In this document: one piece after another, positions 46,683 to 55,579 of the stretch | Layout of the letters: the number at the start of each line of letters is the position of its first letter | How positions within the stretch are numbered: the stretch's first letter is position 1 | Source: a virus | Direction: 5' to 3' (one strand) | DNA: 64,000 nucleotides | IMG/VR virus record: IMGVR_UViG_3300020039_000031 | The notes under the pieces: generated by a model | Told to the model about the DNA's origin: nothing | What the model saw: only the letters and a program-made list of their open reading frames with translations | The model's database searches: none | Program-made: the position numbers and the translations under genes

Positions 46683-46726
46683 TCTAACGAATGAAATACG
46701 TTACAATCTTGTTGGCGGTTTAAGGA

Positions 46727-47488
46727 TCACCGCAAACCGAGGAAACTGAAAAGATCGTCGTCGCTGTATACTTCCTCTGTATCATCGACCTCGAAAGCTC
46801 TTAACGTGTAGACGCCATCCGCTGTGATATCCACGATCAGATCTCCGCTGATCCGGCATTTTGGACGAAGACCAGCGCGATGAGCCGGTTCAGCAGACGA
46901 TCCGTAACCGTCTCTGCCTACCACATGAACCCTCGTTGACGCCTCCTTCGGCGTAGAAGTCCAATATGATACATAGGACGATGCCTCATAGCCCTCACGC
47001 CAGAATCGATTGCGGAAATCTTGTGACGGATGCGGACGAATGCCCTTCCGCTTGAACAGAGCAAAATTGCTTCCATACACATTAAAGATGTCATTGAATT
47101 CCGGCAGTTGAACGCCGCCGGATATTGCCGCGATCTCATAAGGCTCGAAGGCGTAAAGAAATCCGCGACGGTTCGCATAGTCGCCGTGAAGCACGTCGTA
47201 CTCGTGCATATTATGGAACCAGACCGCGTCCTCGCTGTTGAGGAACTGATAGATATTGGACAGTTCGTATGTATTGTTGCCGTACCATTTGTGATCGTTG
47301 ATCGGCGAACCGCGTTCGCGGGCGTCAAAAACCAACGAATCGAGCGCGTATTCCGATATAAAATCGCAATTTGGACTGGCTTTCAACCAAATGATCGGCA
47401 CGCCGGCTGCGTTCGGCGAGGGATCGCATGTGTAGCGTCCGAACTGAAGCCTTGTGCCGACCTTCAGGTCTTTGATTTTCCTATCCAT
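46727..47488 (-). CDS. C-type-lectin-fold (DUF1566/Lcl-like) protein
   Basis: FWREGYEASSYVSYWTSTPKEASTRVHVVGRDGYGSSAEPAHRAGLRPKCRI resembles the YWSST...AW.V.F..G...G.RPV.R signature. Confidence 0.4.
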   Translation of the reverse strand: MDRKIKDLKVGTRLQFGRYTCDPSPNAAGVPIIWLKASPNCDFISEYALDSLVFDARERGSPINDHKWYGNNTYELSNIYQFLNSEDAVWFHNMHEYDVLHGDYANRRGFLYAFEPYEIAAISGGVQLPEFNDIFNVYGSNFALFKRKGIRPHPSQDFRNRFWREGYEASSYVSYWTSTPKEASTRVHVVGRDGYGSSAEPAHRAGLRPKCRISGDLIVDITADGVYTLRAFEVDDTEEVYSDDDLFSFLGLR

Positions 47489-47510
47489 GGGGTACCTCGC
47501 CTTCTGCGCC

Positions 47511-48182
47511 TCAGAATGCGTCGCACATCATGCCGAACGCATCGTCGAGCACCAACTTCTTCAGAGGCTTGCCATTGATGAAGTTCATGAAGTTCGCCAC
47601 GCCTCTCGCACAGATGATGCGAACCGTCGGGCACACGCCCAGCGTGACATTGCAGGCGGACACCGGCGTCTCTTCCTTCGCCTCATCGTGAGAGAACTGC
47701 ATGGAGTTGAGCAGATCCTTCTTCATCTTCTCGTCGTTCCAGTCGGCGGCGTAGTGCTGCGCGTCCTCCAGACGAGTGCGGAAGTCGAAGATCGCCTTGA
47801 CGAACGTAGAGTCCATGTGCTTTTCCACGATCTCCCGGCGCAGATCGATATTGTCCACACACAGGAAGATATACCCGGACAGGAGCTTGCCCTTCCAACC
47901 ATCCGGCTGGAGAACCAGATCGTCCACGATGTCCGGGTTGATATCCATGAGGATATCCTTCAGCGCTTCGACCTTCGGCATCCCGATGTGGCGGGCGAAG
48001 AACATCTGATTGACGATGTTGTGCGCCTCCACCGTGTCAAAATCCCAGAGCGTCATCTTTGTGACGCCGCTTCTCGCGAGGTTCTCCGCGACGGTCGAGC
48101 CTACGGAACCACATCCGATGATGTGTACCCTCGCGTCATCCTGATCGGGATTGAAATACTCGTAGCTTTTCGATAAGTCCAT
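47511..48182 (-). CDS. minimal E1-like enzyme (ThiF/MoeB family)
   Basis: VHIIGCGSVGSTVAENLARSGVTKMTLWDFDTVEAHNIVNQMF = Rossmann GxGxxG plus the DxDxVE.SNLNRQ-like ThiF signature. Confidence 0.7.
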   Translation of the reverse strand: MDLSKSYEYFNPDQDDARVHIIGCGSVGSTVAENLARSGVTKMTLWDFDTVEAHNIVNQMFFARHIGMPKVEALKDILMDINPDIVDDLVLQPDGWKGKLLSGYIFLCVDNIDLRREIVEKHMDSTFVKAIFDFRTRLEDAQHYAADWNDEKMKKDLLNSMQFSHDEAKEETPVSACNVTLGVCPTVRIICARGVANFMNFINGKPLKKLVLDDAFGMMCDAF

Positions 48183-49126
48183 TACTTATCCTCCCTGAAG
48201 AATACGTCGGAATAACCGAACGGGCCATACGGATCTTCATCCTCGTCAGAAAACCCGGCGAGCGTTGTCTGACCGCTCGCGTTCGCGCCAGCCCACCCGG
48301 CTCCGTACTTGGTCCGCTTCTTGTCCTTCTTGTTCTTTTTGGAGTTGGCCGGTTTCTCAGGGGGCGTGCTCGGAGCCTTGAGCTGCGTCACGTTGTTGAC
48401 AACGGACGTTGCCGGCGTCGGAGCGGGGACGGACGACGAGGGAGGCGGTCCCTTATATGTCGGCGCAGTGTATACGCGATCCTTGACCATTTCCTTCGCC
48501 TCGCGGATGAACTTGGCAATCCCGTCTTCGCTTTCGACCACATGCACGACCACATCGCCTGTCTCAAACAGCGTGTTCTTCTGGAGATCGAAGATCTTGA
48601 TCGTCTTTTCGCCGCGCTTGTTCCAGATCAGGAAGATGTAGAACATGTCGTCGTCGAGCTGCTCCAGGATCTTCTCCTGATGCGTGACATCGACACCCGA
48701 AGGAGCCGGATTCATATACACATGGCTGTGACCCTGCATACGAATGTTGTTGAACACATCGTCGTCGAACTGGTAGAGCCAGTCCTGATAGCGCTCCTGA
48801 TCCGTGTTGACTGTCGCGCCAGTCACTTCCTGGGGGTAGACGAGAATGTCCTCGATGTAGTAGTCGTCGCCTTCACCCTCTCCGCGATGCGCGACGCCGT
48901 GCCACGCGACCTCCTTGTCGAACTCACGAAGAAGCGCCCACATCTTCTCCCACGCTTTCTCCGAGAAGTACAGATTTGCCTTCCGATCAATCGCGTCGAA
49001 GGTTCTTGTGAAGCTCATCTTTCCATCCGTGCAACGGACGGAGAGGATCGCCTCCGCAAATTCACGCTTGAGCTGTTCCCGGTACTCGTCCGTCATTTTG
49101 ATGATCTTACTCATCTGCCGCCTCAC
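48182..49126 (-). CDS. JAB/MPN (JAMM) metalloprotease-domain protein with Pro/Lys-rich tail
   Basis: GHSHVYMNPAPSGVD = HxHx7Sx2D JAMM motif; overlaps the E1 gene start. Confidence 0.7.
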   Translation of the reverse strand: MRRQMSKIIKMTDEYREQLKREFAEAILSVRCTDGKMSFTRTFDAIDRKANLYFSEKAWEKMWALLREFDKEVAWHGVAHRGEGEGDDYYIEDILVYPQEVTGATVNTDQERYQDWLYQFDDDVFNNIRMQGHSHVYMNPAPSGVDVTHQEKILEQLDDDMFYIFLIWNKRGEKTIKIFDLQKNTLFETGDVVVHVVESEDGIAKFIREAKEMVKDRVYTAPTYKGPPPSSSVPAPTPATSVVNNVTQLKAPSTPPEKPANSKKNKKDKKRTKYGAGWAGANASGQTTLAGFSDEDEDPYGPFGYSDVFFREDK

Positions 49127-50594
49127 TTTCTGTATTTTCCGTTGTGGTACTCGCCTTTTCCTGTTCCTCCAGCCACTTGATCGCCTCGATCGGCGTCACT
49201 ACGCGGCCGTCAGGAAGCTCGAATGCCTTGTTGTTGTAGTTTTCTCTGCCGCATACCGTCTTCAGGAACGTGCCCATCACCGTACCGTCTGTCCAGTTCA
49301 AGCTCTTGGCAGACGCGACACACTGTTCCAGCGCCGCGATGTAGTTGTTTTCCTTGAGCAGGTTGTTTACCTTCGACAGGTAATTCCCCATACAATGCCA
49401 GCGATTGATATGCGGATTCGGCATATAATGCCGAAACTCCTGTCCGAAATCGTGGTTTGTCTGCGGATCGACGTTCCCGTTCAAAGAGAAGCAATACGCA
49501 GCGCAGAACCGGAGACGGATCGACTGATCGATGAATACCGCACGCAGGAGCTTTTCCATCTGATCCAGCGTGAAGCCTCTCGGCTCGTTTTGATAAACGA
49601 AACTGCCGTGATTGTTGAGATACTTGTTGACGACATCCTCGTCGAAGTACTCCATATAGGTCTTCACTGAGAAGTAGATCGTATCGTTAACCACATCCTC
49701 GATAACGAGCTGGCGGTTGCACAGAAAATACTCCATCAGCTCGGAGTCCTCGTCGGAATAGCCGGCGATCTTTGCCTGCAATCCAAGGAGGCGAATATTT
49801 TTCTCGTTGATCATGCGCATTTTTGTTCCGATATCTGTATTCAATATGGCGATGTTTTCATACAGATTGGCGATTTCGCGCTCGACCTTCTGCACTTCAT
49901 TGCGCTCATACCTCGTCTCAAAACCACGGAGCAGCGTCTTGATGCGGATCGTCTCGAAATCGTACTGCGATGCGATCTTATTGATGCACTCGATGTACTT
50001 ATCCGGCGTGGTTTCTTTGAAAGACTGCATCAGCTCCTTATCGAGATCAGACCACCCCTTGTCCGGGCTGAAATACCACGGCAGGATGCCGAGCGTTATG
50101 CTCTGCAGGAAGTGCATTCGCTTCATGTTGAGCGATTCCACGAACAGAATCGTACTCTTCTGCTCGGCGTTGATATAGCAGAGCACGTTGAAGTTCTTTC
50201 GGAACAGATTGGTGATCTCTTCGATCTGCCGCCATCCGTGATATGTGGCGGCGAAGTATGAATGCAGGCAGTGATAGCACGCCAAGTTGTTCGCGGAGAT
50301 CGGGCTGCCAAGATTGTGGATCTGGAGATAGCCATGGCTCGTCACATCCCACGAGCCGCAGATTGCGCGAATGATAGCATCGGCGCTATTGTTTTTGACA
50401 TGATCTTCTGTTATGTTCGAGGTAGAAAACCTCAGCTCGATCGACTCGTTCTCCGGGATACGCTGTCCCATAAACGCACGCAGGGTGGCGAGGAACGAAT
50501 AGTCTCCCTGATACGCCTGACCGCGAATGTTCTGGAAGTATCCGTTTGCCGCATCCGTTGTGAACGGCGTCGATGTGATCGGCGTCTTGAACAC
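49107..50594 (-). CDS. hypothetical 495-aa protein, first gene of the JAB-E1 cassette (possible E2-like)
   Basis: C-terminal region PNPHINRWHCMGNYL faintly resembles a UBC HPN...C segment; overlaps the JAB start. Confidence 0.4.
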   Translation of the reverse strand: MFKTPITSTPFTTDAANGYFQNIRGQAYQGDYSFLATLRAFMGQRIPENESIELRFSTSNITEDHVKNNSADAIIRAICGSWDVTSHGYLQIHNLGSPISANNLACYHCLHSYFAATYHGWRQIEEITNLFRKNFNVLCYINAEQKSTILFVESLNMKRMHFLQSITLGILPWYFSPDKGWSDLDKELMQSFKETTPDKYIECINKIASQYDFETIRIKTLLRGFETRYERNEVQKVEREIANLYENIAILNTDIGTKMRMINEKNIRLLGLQAKIAGYSDEDSELMEYFLCNRQLVIEDVVNDTIYFSVKTYMEYFDEDVVNKYLNNHGSFVYQNEPRGFTLDQMEKLLRAVFIDQSIRLRFCAAYCFSLNGNVDPQTNHDFGQEFRHYMPNPHINRWHCMGNYLSKVNNLLKENNYIAALEQCVASAKSLNWTDGTVMGTFLKTVCGRENYNNKAFELPDGRVVTPIEAIKWLEEQEKASTTTENTESEAADE

Positions 50595-50630
50595 TTACTT
50601 ACACCTCACTTTTATAAAACTCGATGGTAC

Positions 50631-50706
50631 CGACGGAGGGATTTGAACCCTCAACTTACCGGGTTTAAACCGGATGTGTCTTCCGATTGCACCACGTCGG
50701 CATATA
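50631..50706 (-). tRNA. tRNA-like gene, anticodon loop tTTAAac (reads as UAA, Leu) but with a short variable arm
   Basis: GCCGACG...T-arm GAGGGTTCAAATCCCTC...CGTCGGTACCA; structure atypical for tRNA-Leu. Confidence 0.5.
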
Positions 50707-50766
50707 GCACGGCGGGGCTTTACGGCCCCGCCTATCGCTTAGCTCTTTCTTGAGTTGCTTCTGCTA

Positions 50767-50997
50767 TCAGGCCGCGTTGTCAGCCTTGACGACGTTCAGG
50801 AGGAAGCACTTCTCGGTGATGCCGAAGGACTCGAAGGTCTTGTCCAGATCGCCGGGGTTCAGGGAGGAACCGTCGAGGTGCATGACGCCGCGGGTGTAGT
50901 CGATGCCGTTGTTCTCCAGAACGGAACGCAGGGTGGTGTTGGGGCTGACGATGACGGACTCGCGCTTGACGTTGTTGCCGACAGTGACTTTGATCAT
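50767..50997 (-). CDS. ThiS/MoaD-like beta-grasp (ubiquitin-like) protein ending in Ala-Ala rather than Gly-Gly
   Basis: 76 aa MIKVTVG...TTLRSVLE...MHLDGSSLNPGDLDKTF...CFLLNVVKADNAA follows the ThiS/MoaD pattern; GC-rich gene. Confidence 0.4.
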   Translation of the reverse strand: MIKVTVGNNVKRESVIVSPNTTLRSVLENNGIDYTRGVMHLDGSSLNPGDLDKTFESFGITEKCFLLNVVKADNAA

Positions 50998-51081
50998 TTT
51001 TGATGTCTCCTTTATGTAGGTTTTATTGTTGATTGGTTGATGAATTAGGACTGGAGGGGCGGTAAACCCGCCCCGATCCGA

Positions 51082-51480
51082 TCACTCCGCGACGGAGATG
51101 TTGGAGAGGACGGTCGCCTTCTCCGCCTCGATCTCGGCCAGAACCGCGGGCAGGGTGGCCTCAAGCTGGTTCAGCTTGATGAGAGCGCCGCCGAGCTTGT
51201 CAGCGATGGCCTCCTTCACGTCGCCGGACACGCCGGAGGTGACCAGGGTGATCATGGCGACCTTGGACTCGTCGTGGGACTCACGACCGAAGCTCGCGCC
51301 GTAGGCGTTGATCTCACCGGTGCCGGTGGTCACGTCGATGGCGAAGATAGGCTCCTTGCCATTCTCGCCGCCCTTCAGGACGAGAGCCTGGGGACGATAG
51401 CGCTTGATGGTCTTGAGCTGCTCCAGGGTGAGTTCGGACTTGACGACGGCCGCGTCGCCAGCGATGATGACTTTGGACAT
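51082..51480 (-). CDS. hypothetical protein (GC-rich gene)
   Basis: 132-aa ORF. Confidence 0.4.
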   Translation of the reverse strand: MSKVIIAGDAAVVKSELTLEQLKTIKRYRPQALVLKGGENGKEPIFAIDVTTGTGEINAYGASFGRESHDESKVAMITLVTSGVSGDVKEAIADKLGGALIKLNQLEATLPAVLAEIEAEKATVLSNISVAE

Positions 51481-51544
51481 AATGTTTCTCCTTTTTGGAT
51501 GTATATTTCCATGCGGTATGTCAGCCGCTATGGTTCAGAATGAT

Positions 51545-52150
51545 TCAGGTTCCGGCCTGTGCCGGACCTCCGCTCAGGTCGTAATCCTCATACGGATACT
51601 CGGTGTATACCTCGTTGCCTGTCTCTTCCTCGACGATAAACATCGGGCGATAAACGGGAATGTCATGCTCTGTTGCGAGCTTCAGCAGGATCTCCTCGAA
51701 GACATCGTCCAGATCGGATGAATACCCGGCGTCATACGCCGAACTCATATCGCAGTCGCAGACGGCGGACAGAAAATCGATAAACGCATAGTGAAGATAG
51801 TCTTCTCTGTCCTCGATTTCCGCTTCCTTATCGAGACGATCCATGTCTTCGTCATCGTCGTCTTCCTTCGGAAGATACTTGTCGAACAGCTTCTGCGCTG
51901 TGCGCTGGCAGTCACCGGTGGATACGACCGCCTCGTTGTACACTCTCTTATCGCCGTCGTACACATACAGCGTGACGAGATTGGACTCGACTGAAACGCA
52001 AATTTCGTATCCGGTCAGACCGCTTTCCGCGATAGATACGATCTCCGATTTCAGCCTCTTCTTCACATCCGGGCGCTGTGTCCACTCCCAGATATCTTTA
52101 GGCCAGAGTGACACCTGCACTCCCGGTCCCATGATGGCTTCGTCAGCCAT
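51545..52150 (-). CDS. hypothetical acidic protein
   Basis: start set at MADEA, which has an AAAGGAGG RBS. Confidence 0.45.
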   Translation of the reverse strand: MADEAIMGPGVQVSLWPKDIWEWTQRPDVKKRLKSEIVSIAESGLTGYEICVSVESNLVTLYVYDGDKRVYNEAVVSTGDCQRTAQKLFDKYLPKEDDDDEDMDRLDKEAEIEDREDYLHYAFIDFLSAVCDCDMSSAYDAGYSSDLDDVFEEILLKLATEHDIPVYRPMFIVEEETGNEVYTEYPYEDYDLSGGPAQAGT

Positions 52151-52216
52151 ACATTCACCTCCTTTATTCAGCAAAGCAGAGCAGAGGCCGCTGTCCGCAG
52201 CCTCTGCGTGCTCAGT

Positions 52217-52360
52217 TGTGACACCATTCCGCGACTTTACGACCGTACTTCCAGTACTCGATCGTGTCGCCGTTTGCTTCGTACCAAAACGCGGCCTCGC
52301 CGCGTGACTCCGTGATCTCGCCGGTTTCCACGCTTTTGTAGAACACACGCTCGTTCATAT
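52217..52360 (-). CDS. small 47-aa protein
   Basis: ATG with GGAGG RBS 7 nt upstream; MNERVFYKSVETGEITESRGEAAFWYEANGDTIEYWKYGRKVAEWCHN. Confidence 0.3.
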
Positions 52361-52793
52361 CGAACCTCCGATCAACAGGGTAGGCAGTTTACCACGCCGG
52401 CTCTAGCGGCTCTCCACTGCCAGGATGCACTTCTTCATTTTCCCCTGCGCCAAGCAGCATTTCTTGACTTGCCCTCGTCACGCCGGGCCATGCGCTACTC
52501 CGGCCAGCATTGCCCCTGATCCTTGGGGAGCTCTTACCGTTTCGATTCATATGTTTGAGGAGGAGCGGACTCGAACCGCATCCGACGCACCTGACTCCTC
52601 ATAAAGGCGAGGCGCGATCTCATGGTCGCGCCTCTTTAGATAACAACTCAACGCCGTGATGTAGGTTATGCGCTGCTGCCGCCCGCAACAACAAAAGGCG
52701 GCGACTCTAATGGCGTCTGCCTCGGAAACAGATTGTTGGAGAACTTAGAAAGGAGGTGTCAGAAAGGAGGATGGCATTGAGTTGTGTGGTTGG

Positions 52794-53066
52794 TTATGTC
52801 AGTCTGTCCTTAAAACACTGACTCGGCGTAAACCACGGAAGATCCCGAGCGGGAATATCCACGGCCTCGCCCGTCGCCGGCACCCTGCCGGTCCTCGGAT
52901 TCCTGTGCTTCCGCTCAAAGGTTCCGAAGTTATTGAGCGTTACCCTTTCGCCGTCCTCGACCGCGGCCATGATCGTATCAATAACCGCTTCGACAGCGGC
53001 CTCCGCCACGCGCTTGGTGACGCCAGCCTGCGCCGCCACTTCGGAGACAAGTTCTTCTTTGACCAT
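52794..53066 (-). CDS. hup: HU/IHF-family DNA-binding protein
   Basis: MVKEELVSEVAAQAGVTKRVAEAAVEAVIDTI...RNPRTGRVPATGEAVDIPARDLPWF; AGGAGG RBS; the longer ORF start is rejected. Confidence 0.8.
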   Translation of the reverse strand: MVKEELVSEVAAQAGVTKRVAEAAVEAVIDTIMAAVEDGERVTLNNFGTFERKHRNPRTGRVPATGEAVDIPARDLPWFTPSQCFKDRLT

Positions 53067-53170
53067 TATGGATACCTCCTGTGATCTGTGTTGATTACAG
53101 CGAACATGATCGGGAATACGATCAACCCGAAAAGAATGCTGTCCATTTTTATCACTCCAATTTATGTATT

Positions 53171-53262
53171 TGGTGCCGGGAGCAGGATTCGAACCTGCAA
53201 CAAGGGAGCGACCCTCACCGCAATAAAAGAGCGGCGCGTCTAACCGGTTCCGCCATCCCGAC
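53171..53262 (-). tRNA. class II tRNA (long variable arm), anticodon not confidently assigned
   Basis: 92 nt GTCGGGA...3-bp D stem...variable stem AGGGTCGCTCCCT...GCAGGTTCGAATCCTGC...TCCCGGCACCA. Confidence 0.5.
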
Positions 53263-53551
53263 ATAAACGGGGCCGGGAAAAATCCCGGCCGTTTATATAT
53301 AATCAAACTCGCTGTCATGCAGCCATGCGGTACTCCCTGCGGCAGCATATACATCCGACAAACCGAAAACCATGGGTTTTGTAAAGTGTTACACCTAGTA
53401 AACTTTACCGCCCAACCATATGGCGGTGTGCTTTGAGATTTCTTCAAACAAAAACTTTAAGCGTTCAATCTTAACGACTGAGCTTTTACGATTGAGTTTT
53501 ACAGCATGGAGCGGGACTAAAGACTCCCGCAGTCTTCAATAATTTGTTTCG

Positions 53552-53624
53552 ATCCAAAACTGGGACTCGAACCCAGATTTCCGAATTTTACATTCAGCGC
53601 CTTAACCTATTTGGCTATTCTGGA
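53552..53624 (-). tRNA. tRNA-like gene without encoded CCA, atypical anticodon loop
   Basis: TCCAGAA..GCC-AAATAGGTTAA-GGC..T-arm CTGGGTTCGAGTCCCAG..TTTTGGA. Confidence 0.4.
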
Positions 53625-53761
53625 AACAAATTTGCAAAACCCATATTCGCAAATCTTGTTAGAAGGAGATGCTTTTTTATTCATTTTCTCTTCGATGGAA
53701 GCATCAAAAACACAGAAGGTATATGGTTTCGGGTTTTCGCATGACAGCGAGTATTGATGGC

Positions 53762-54406
53762 TTAGTACTCGATTTCGATGCTCGTCAGAGCGTTGGACAC
53801 GGACAGAGCGGAGTCAATGTTGACGATGAACCCGTTGATCCGATCCTCCAGCTCCTTCATCCTCGCCGTGATATCCAGAGGATCGACGATCTCGACCGTC
53901 TGCTGCCGGATGAACTCCTCGCGGGTCTTCCGGATTTCCTCGCTCATGTTCTTGAGGTCGGTCTTATCGCCGTACAGGGATTTGATGTACCCGTCGGCAC
54001 GAGCCTCCAGAGCATCGCCGTTGGAACGGTCGGCCTCACGCCGCGCATACTCAAGCTGCATCTGCATCTTCTTGAGAATCCGCTGGAGAATGGGGATCTG
54101 ATGGTTCTTGAGCTCAATCGCCTCGGCCACGGTATACTGCTGGCCGTCGATCGTCACCATCGTAGCCGCGTTCGACAGCACGACAGTACGCTTGATGGCG
54201 TCGCGGCGGCGGATCAGATCGTTCGCCTGATCGTACTTGGCCTTGATCTCGTCGCAGATCTTGCCGATCTCCACACCGCCAACCTTGGTATTGGCGTGCT
54301 TGTTGGCGAACACATAGCTGTTTGCCTCGATCGCACTGAGAATACGGGAGTCGAGAGTCTTGAGCTCGCACAGAGCCTGATGAATCGTCATTGTCTCCTT
54401 AGTCAT
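53762..54406 (-). CDS. hypothetical coiled-coil protein
   Basis: 214-aa ORF. Confidence 0.45.
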   Translation of the reverse strand: MTKETMTIHQALCELKTLDSRILSAIEANSYVFANKHANTKVGGVEIGKICDEIKAKYDQANDLIRRRDAIKRTVVLSNAATMVTIDGQQYTVAEAIELKNHQIPILQRILKKMQMQLEYARREADRSNGDALEARADGYIKSLYGDKTDLKNMSEEIRKTREEFIRQQTVEIVDPLDITARMKELEDRINGFIVNIDSALSVSNALTSIEIEY

Positions 54407-54669
54407 GTTGCTTCTCCTTTTTGATGATTGATTTTTAATAAATGGGCGGATTAACGTACCGCCCGATGCTCAAAGCACGCCCGCCAAGATGACGAGTTAC
54501 CGTCTCACCAGCGGCGGGTCGGAGTTGAACCGACGTTCCGGTATACAAACCGGAAAACCATCACCGCATGTTTTTGTTCTTTATTTCAGCCAGCATATCG
54601 CCGATCGCCCACAGCTCCAGGGCGATAAACACCAGCACGAAGAAGATCGCATACTGCATGTCTTTCCTC

Positions 54670-55368
54670 CTAGTGAAGCTCGACATAAGCGCCGCACTCA
54701 ACCATAGCCTTGTAGTGCTTGGCAACCATATCTCCATACGCCTCTGTCTTCGACAGCGTATCGAAAGCCGCCATTCGCTCCTCACTGTGCGCGATGTCAT
54801 GGACTTCCTTGAGCGTCGCGCCGCTCGCTATGGAGCGCCCTGTCATCTTGTCGATGGCGAACCATTTCTCGCTTCCCTTGTGCCAGTAGTACTGGAAGTT
54901 GAAGGGCTTGTCCTCTTCGAGGCCGCGAACGCGGTCGATCTTGCTCTTCTTTGTCACCGGATCACCGCGATATGTATACACCGTCGTTTCGCGGTAACCC
55001 TTGGGGATGCCGGGTTTTGACACGCTCGTTGCCTCCTTTGCGTGATCTCTTTTGAGCTTCTCCAGGCTCTCAATGAACCATGGATCGGGTTGATAGTGAT
55101 CCAGATGCTCCGACGCCAGACATGTCAGACACGTTTCCGTGTTGAGATTGAGGTGATACCGCTCACATGTGATACACCCCTTGTAGCTCCCGGACGGATC
55201 AAATGCCGCGCCCTTGACGCATTGATGCTGCGTACATCGCGGAGGGATTTCCACCTCCAGCCGCTTCGTCAGCCAATCGGTCATATCGTCGCGGGAGGAT
55301 CGTCGTTCTCCCACCATCCGACGCTCACCTCGCCCGTGACAGAGTTCCTGAGAACCTGCACGGTACAA
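54670..55368 (-). CDS. hypothetical protein with Cys pairs
   Basis: 232-aa ORF; the true start may be internal. Confidence 0.35.
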   Translation of the reverse strand: MYRAGSQELCHGRGERRMVGERRSSRDDMTDWLTKRLEVEIPPRCTQHQCVKGAAFDPSGSYKGCITCERYHLNLNTETCLTCLASEHLDHYQPDPWFIESLEKLKRDHAKEATSVSKPGIPKGYRETTVYTYRGDPVTKKSKIDRVRGLEEDKPFNFQYYWHKGSEKWFAIDKMTGRSIASGATLKEVHDIAHSEERMAAFDTLSKTEAYGDMVAKHYKAMVECGAYVELH

Positions 55369-55450
55369 TTCTCATGGATCTCCTCGATGTCGAACATGTT
55401 GGTCTGCACGACCTCATAGGACTTCGAGCGGCGTCTGCCAAAAAGCCATT

Positions 55451-55579
55451 TCATTTGCGGCACCTCTTGTCTTTCTTTTCCTCGTGCTTGATAAGGCAAA
55501 CGAAGATCACAGCGCAAATCACGAGGAGCGAGATAACGATCGCACCAACGATGTCTTTCACGGTCAAGACAATTACCAT
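55451..55579 (-). CDS. small hydrophobic membrane peptide (42 aa)
   Basis: AAGAAGGAGG RBS then ATG; MVIVLTVKDIVGAIVISLLVICAVIFVCLIKHEEKKDKRCRK. Confidence 0.35.
   Translation of the reverse strand: MVIVLTVKDIVGAIVISLLVICAVIFVCLIKHEEKKDKRCRK

Noticed and set aside
38061-47488. Interpreting the RT at 45235..46374 plus the lectin-fold proteins as a diversity-generating retroelement
   Set aside because: The RT has the ordinary QGxxxSP fingers motif (GLPQGTPLSP) rather than the DGR-typical I/LGxxxSQ. No template-repeat-like near-copy of either protein's 3' end was visible in the RT flanks. The lectin-fold calls are kept, but the DGR call is not.
53171-53262. Assigning a definite anticodon/isotype to the class II tRNA
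   Set aside because: The anticodon stem can be drawn as CCGCT/TGCGG with loop CTTTTAT (UUU), or with a 9-nt loop. Neither is convincing enough to name an isotype by eye.
52794-53447. 217-aa version of the HU gene
   Set aside because: Only the C-terminal 90 aa are HU-like, and they have their own AGGAGG RBS. The upstream part overlaps the tRNA promoter region and has no coding signal.
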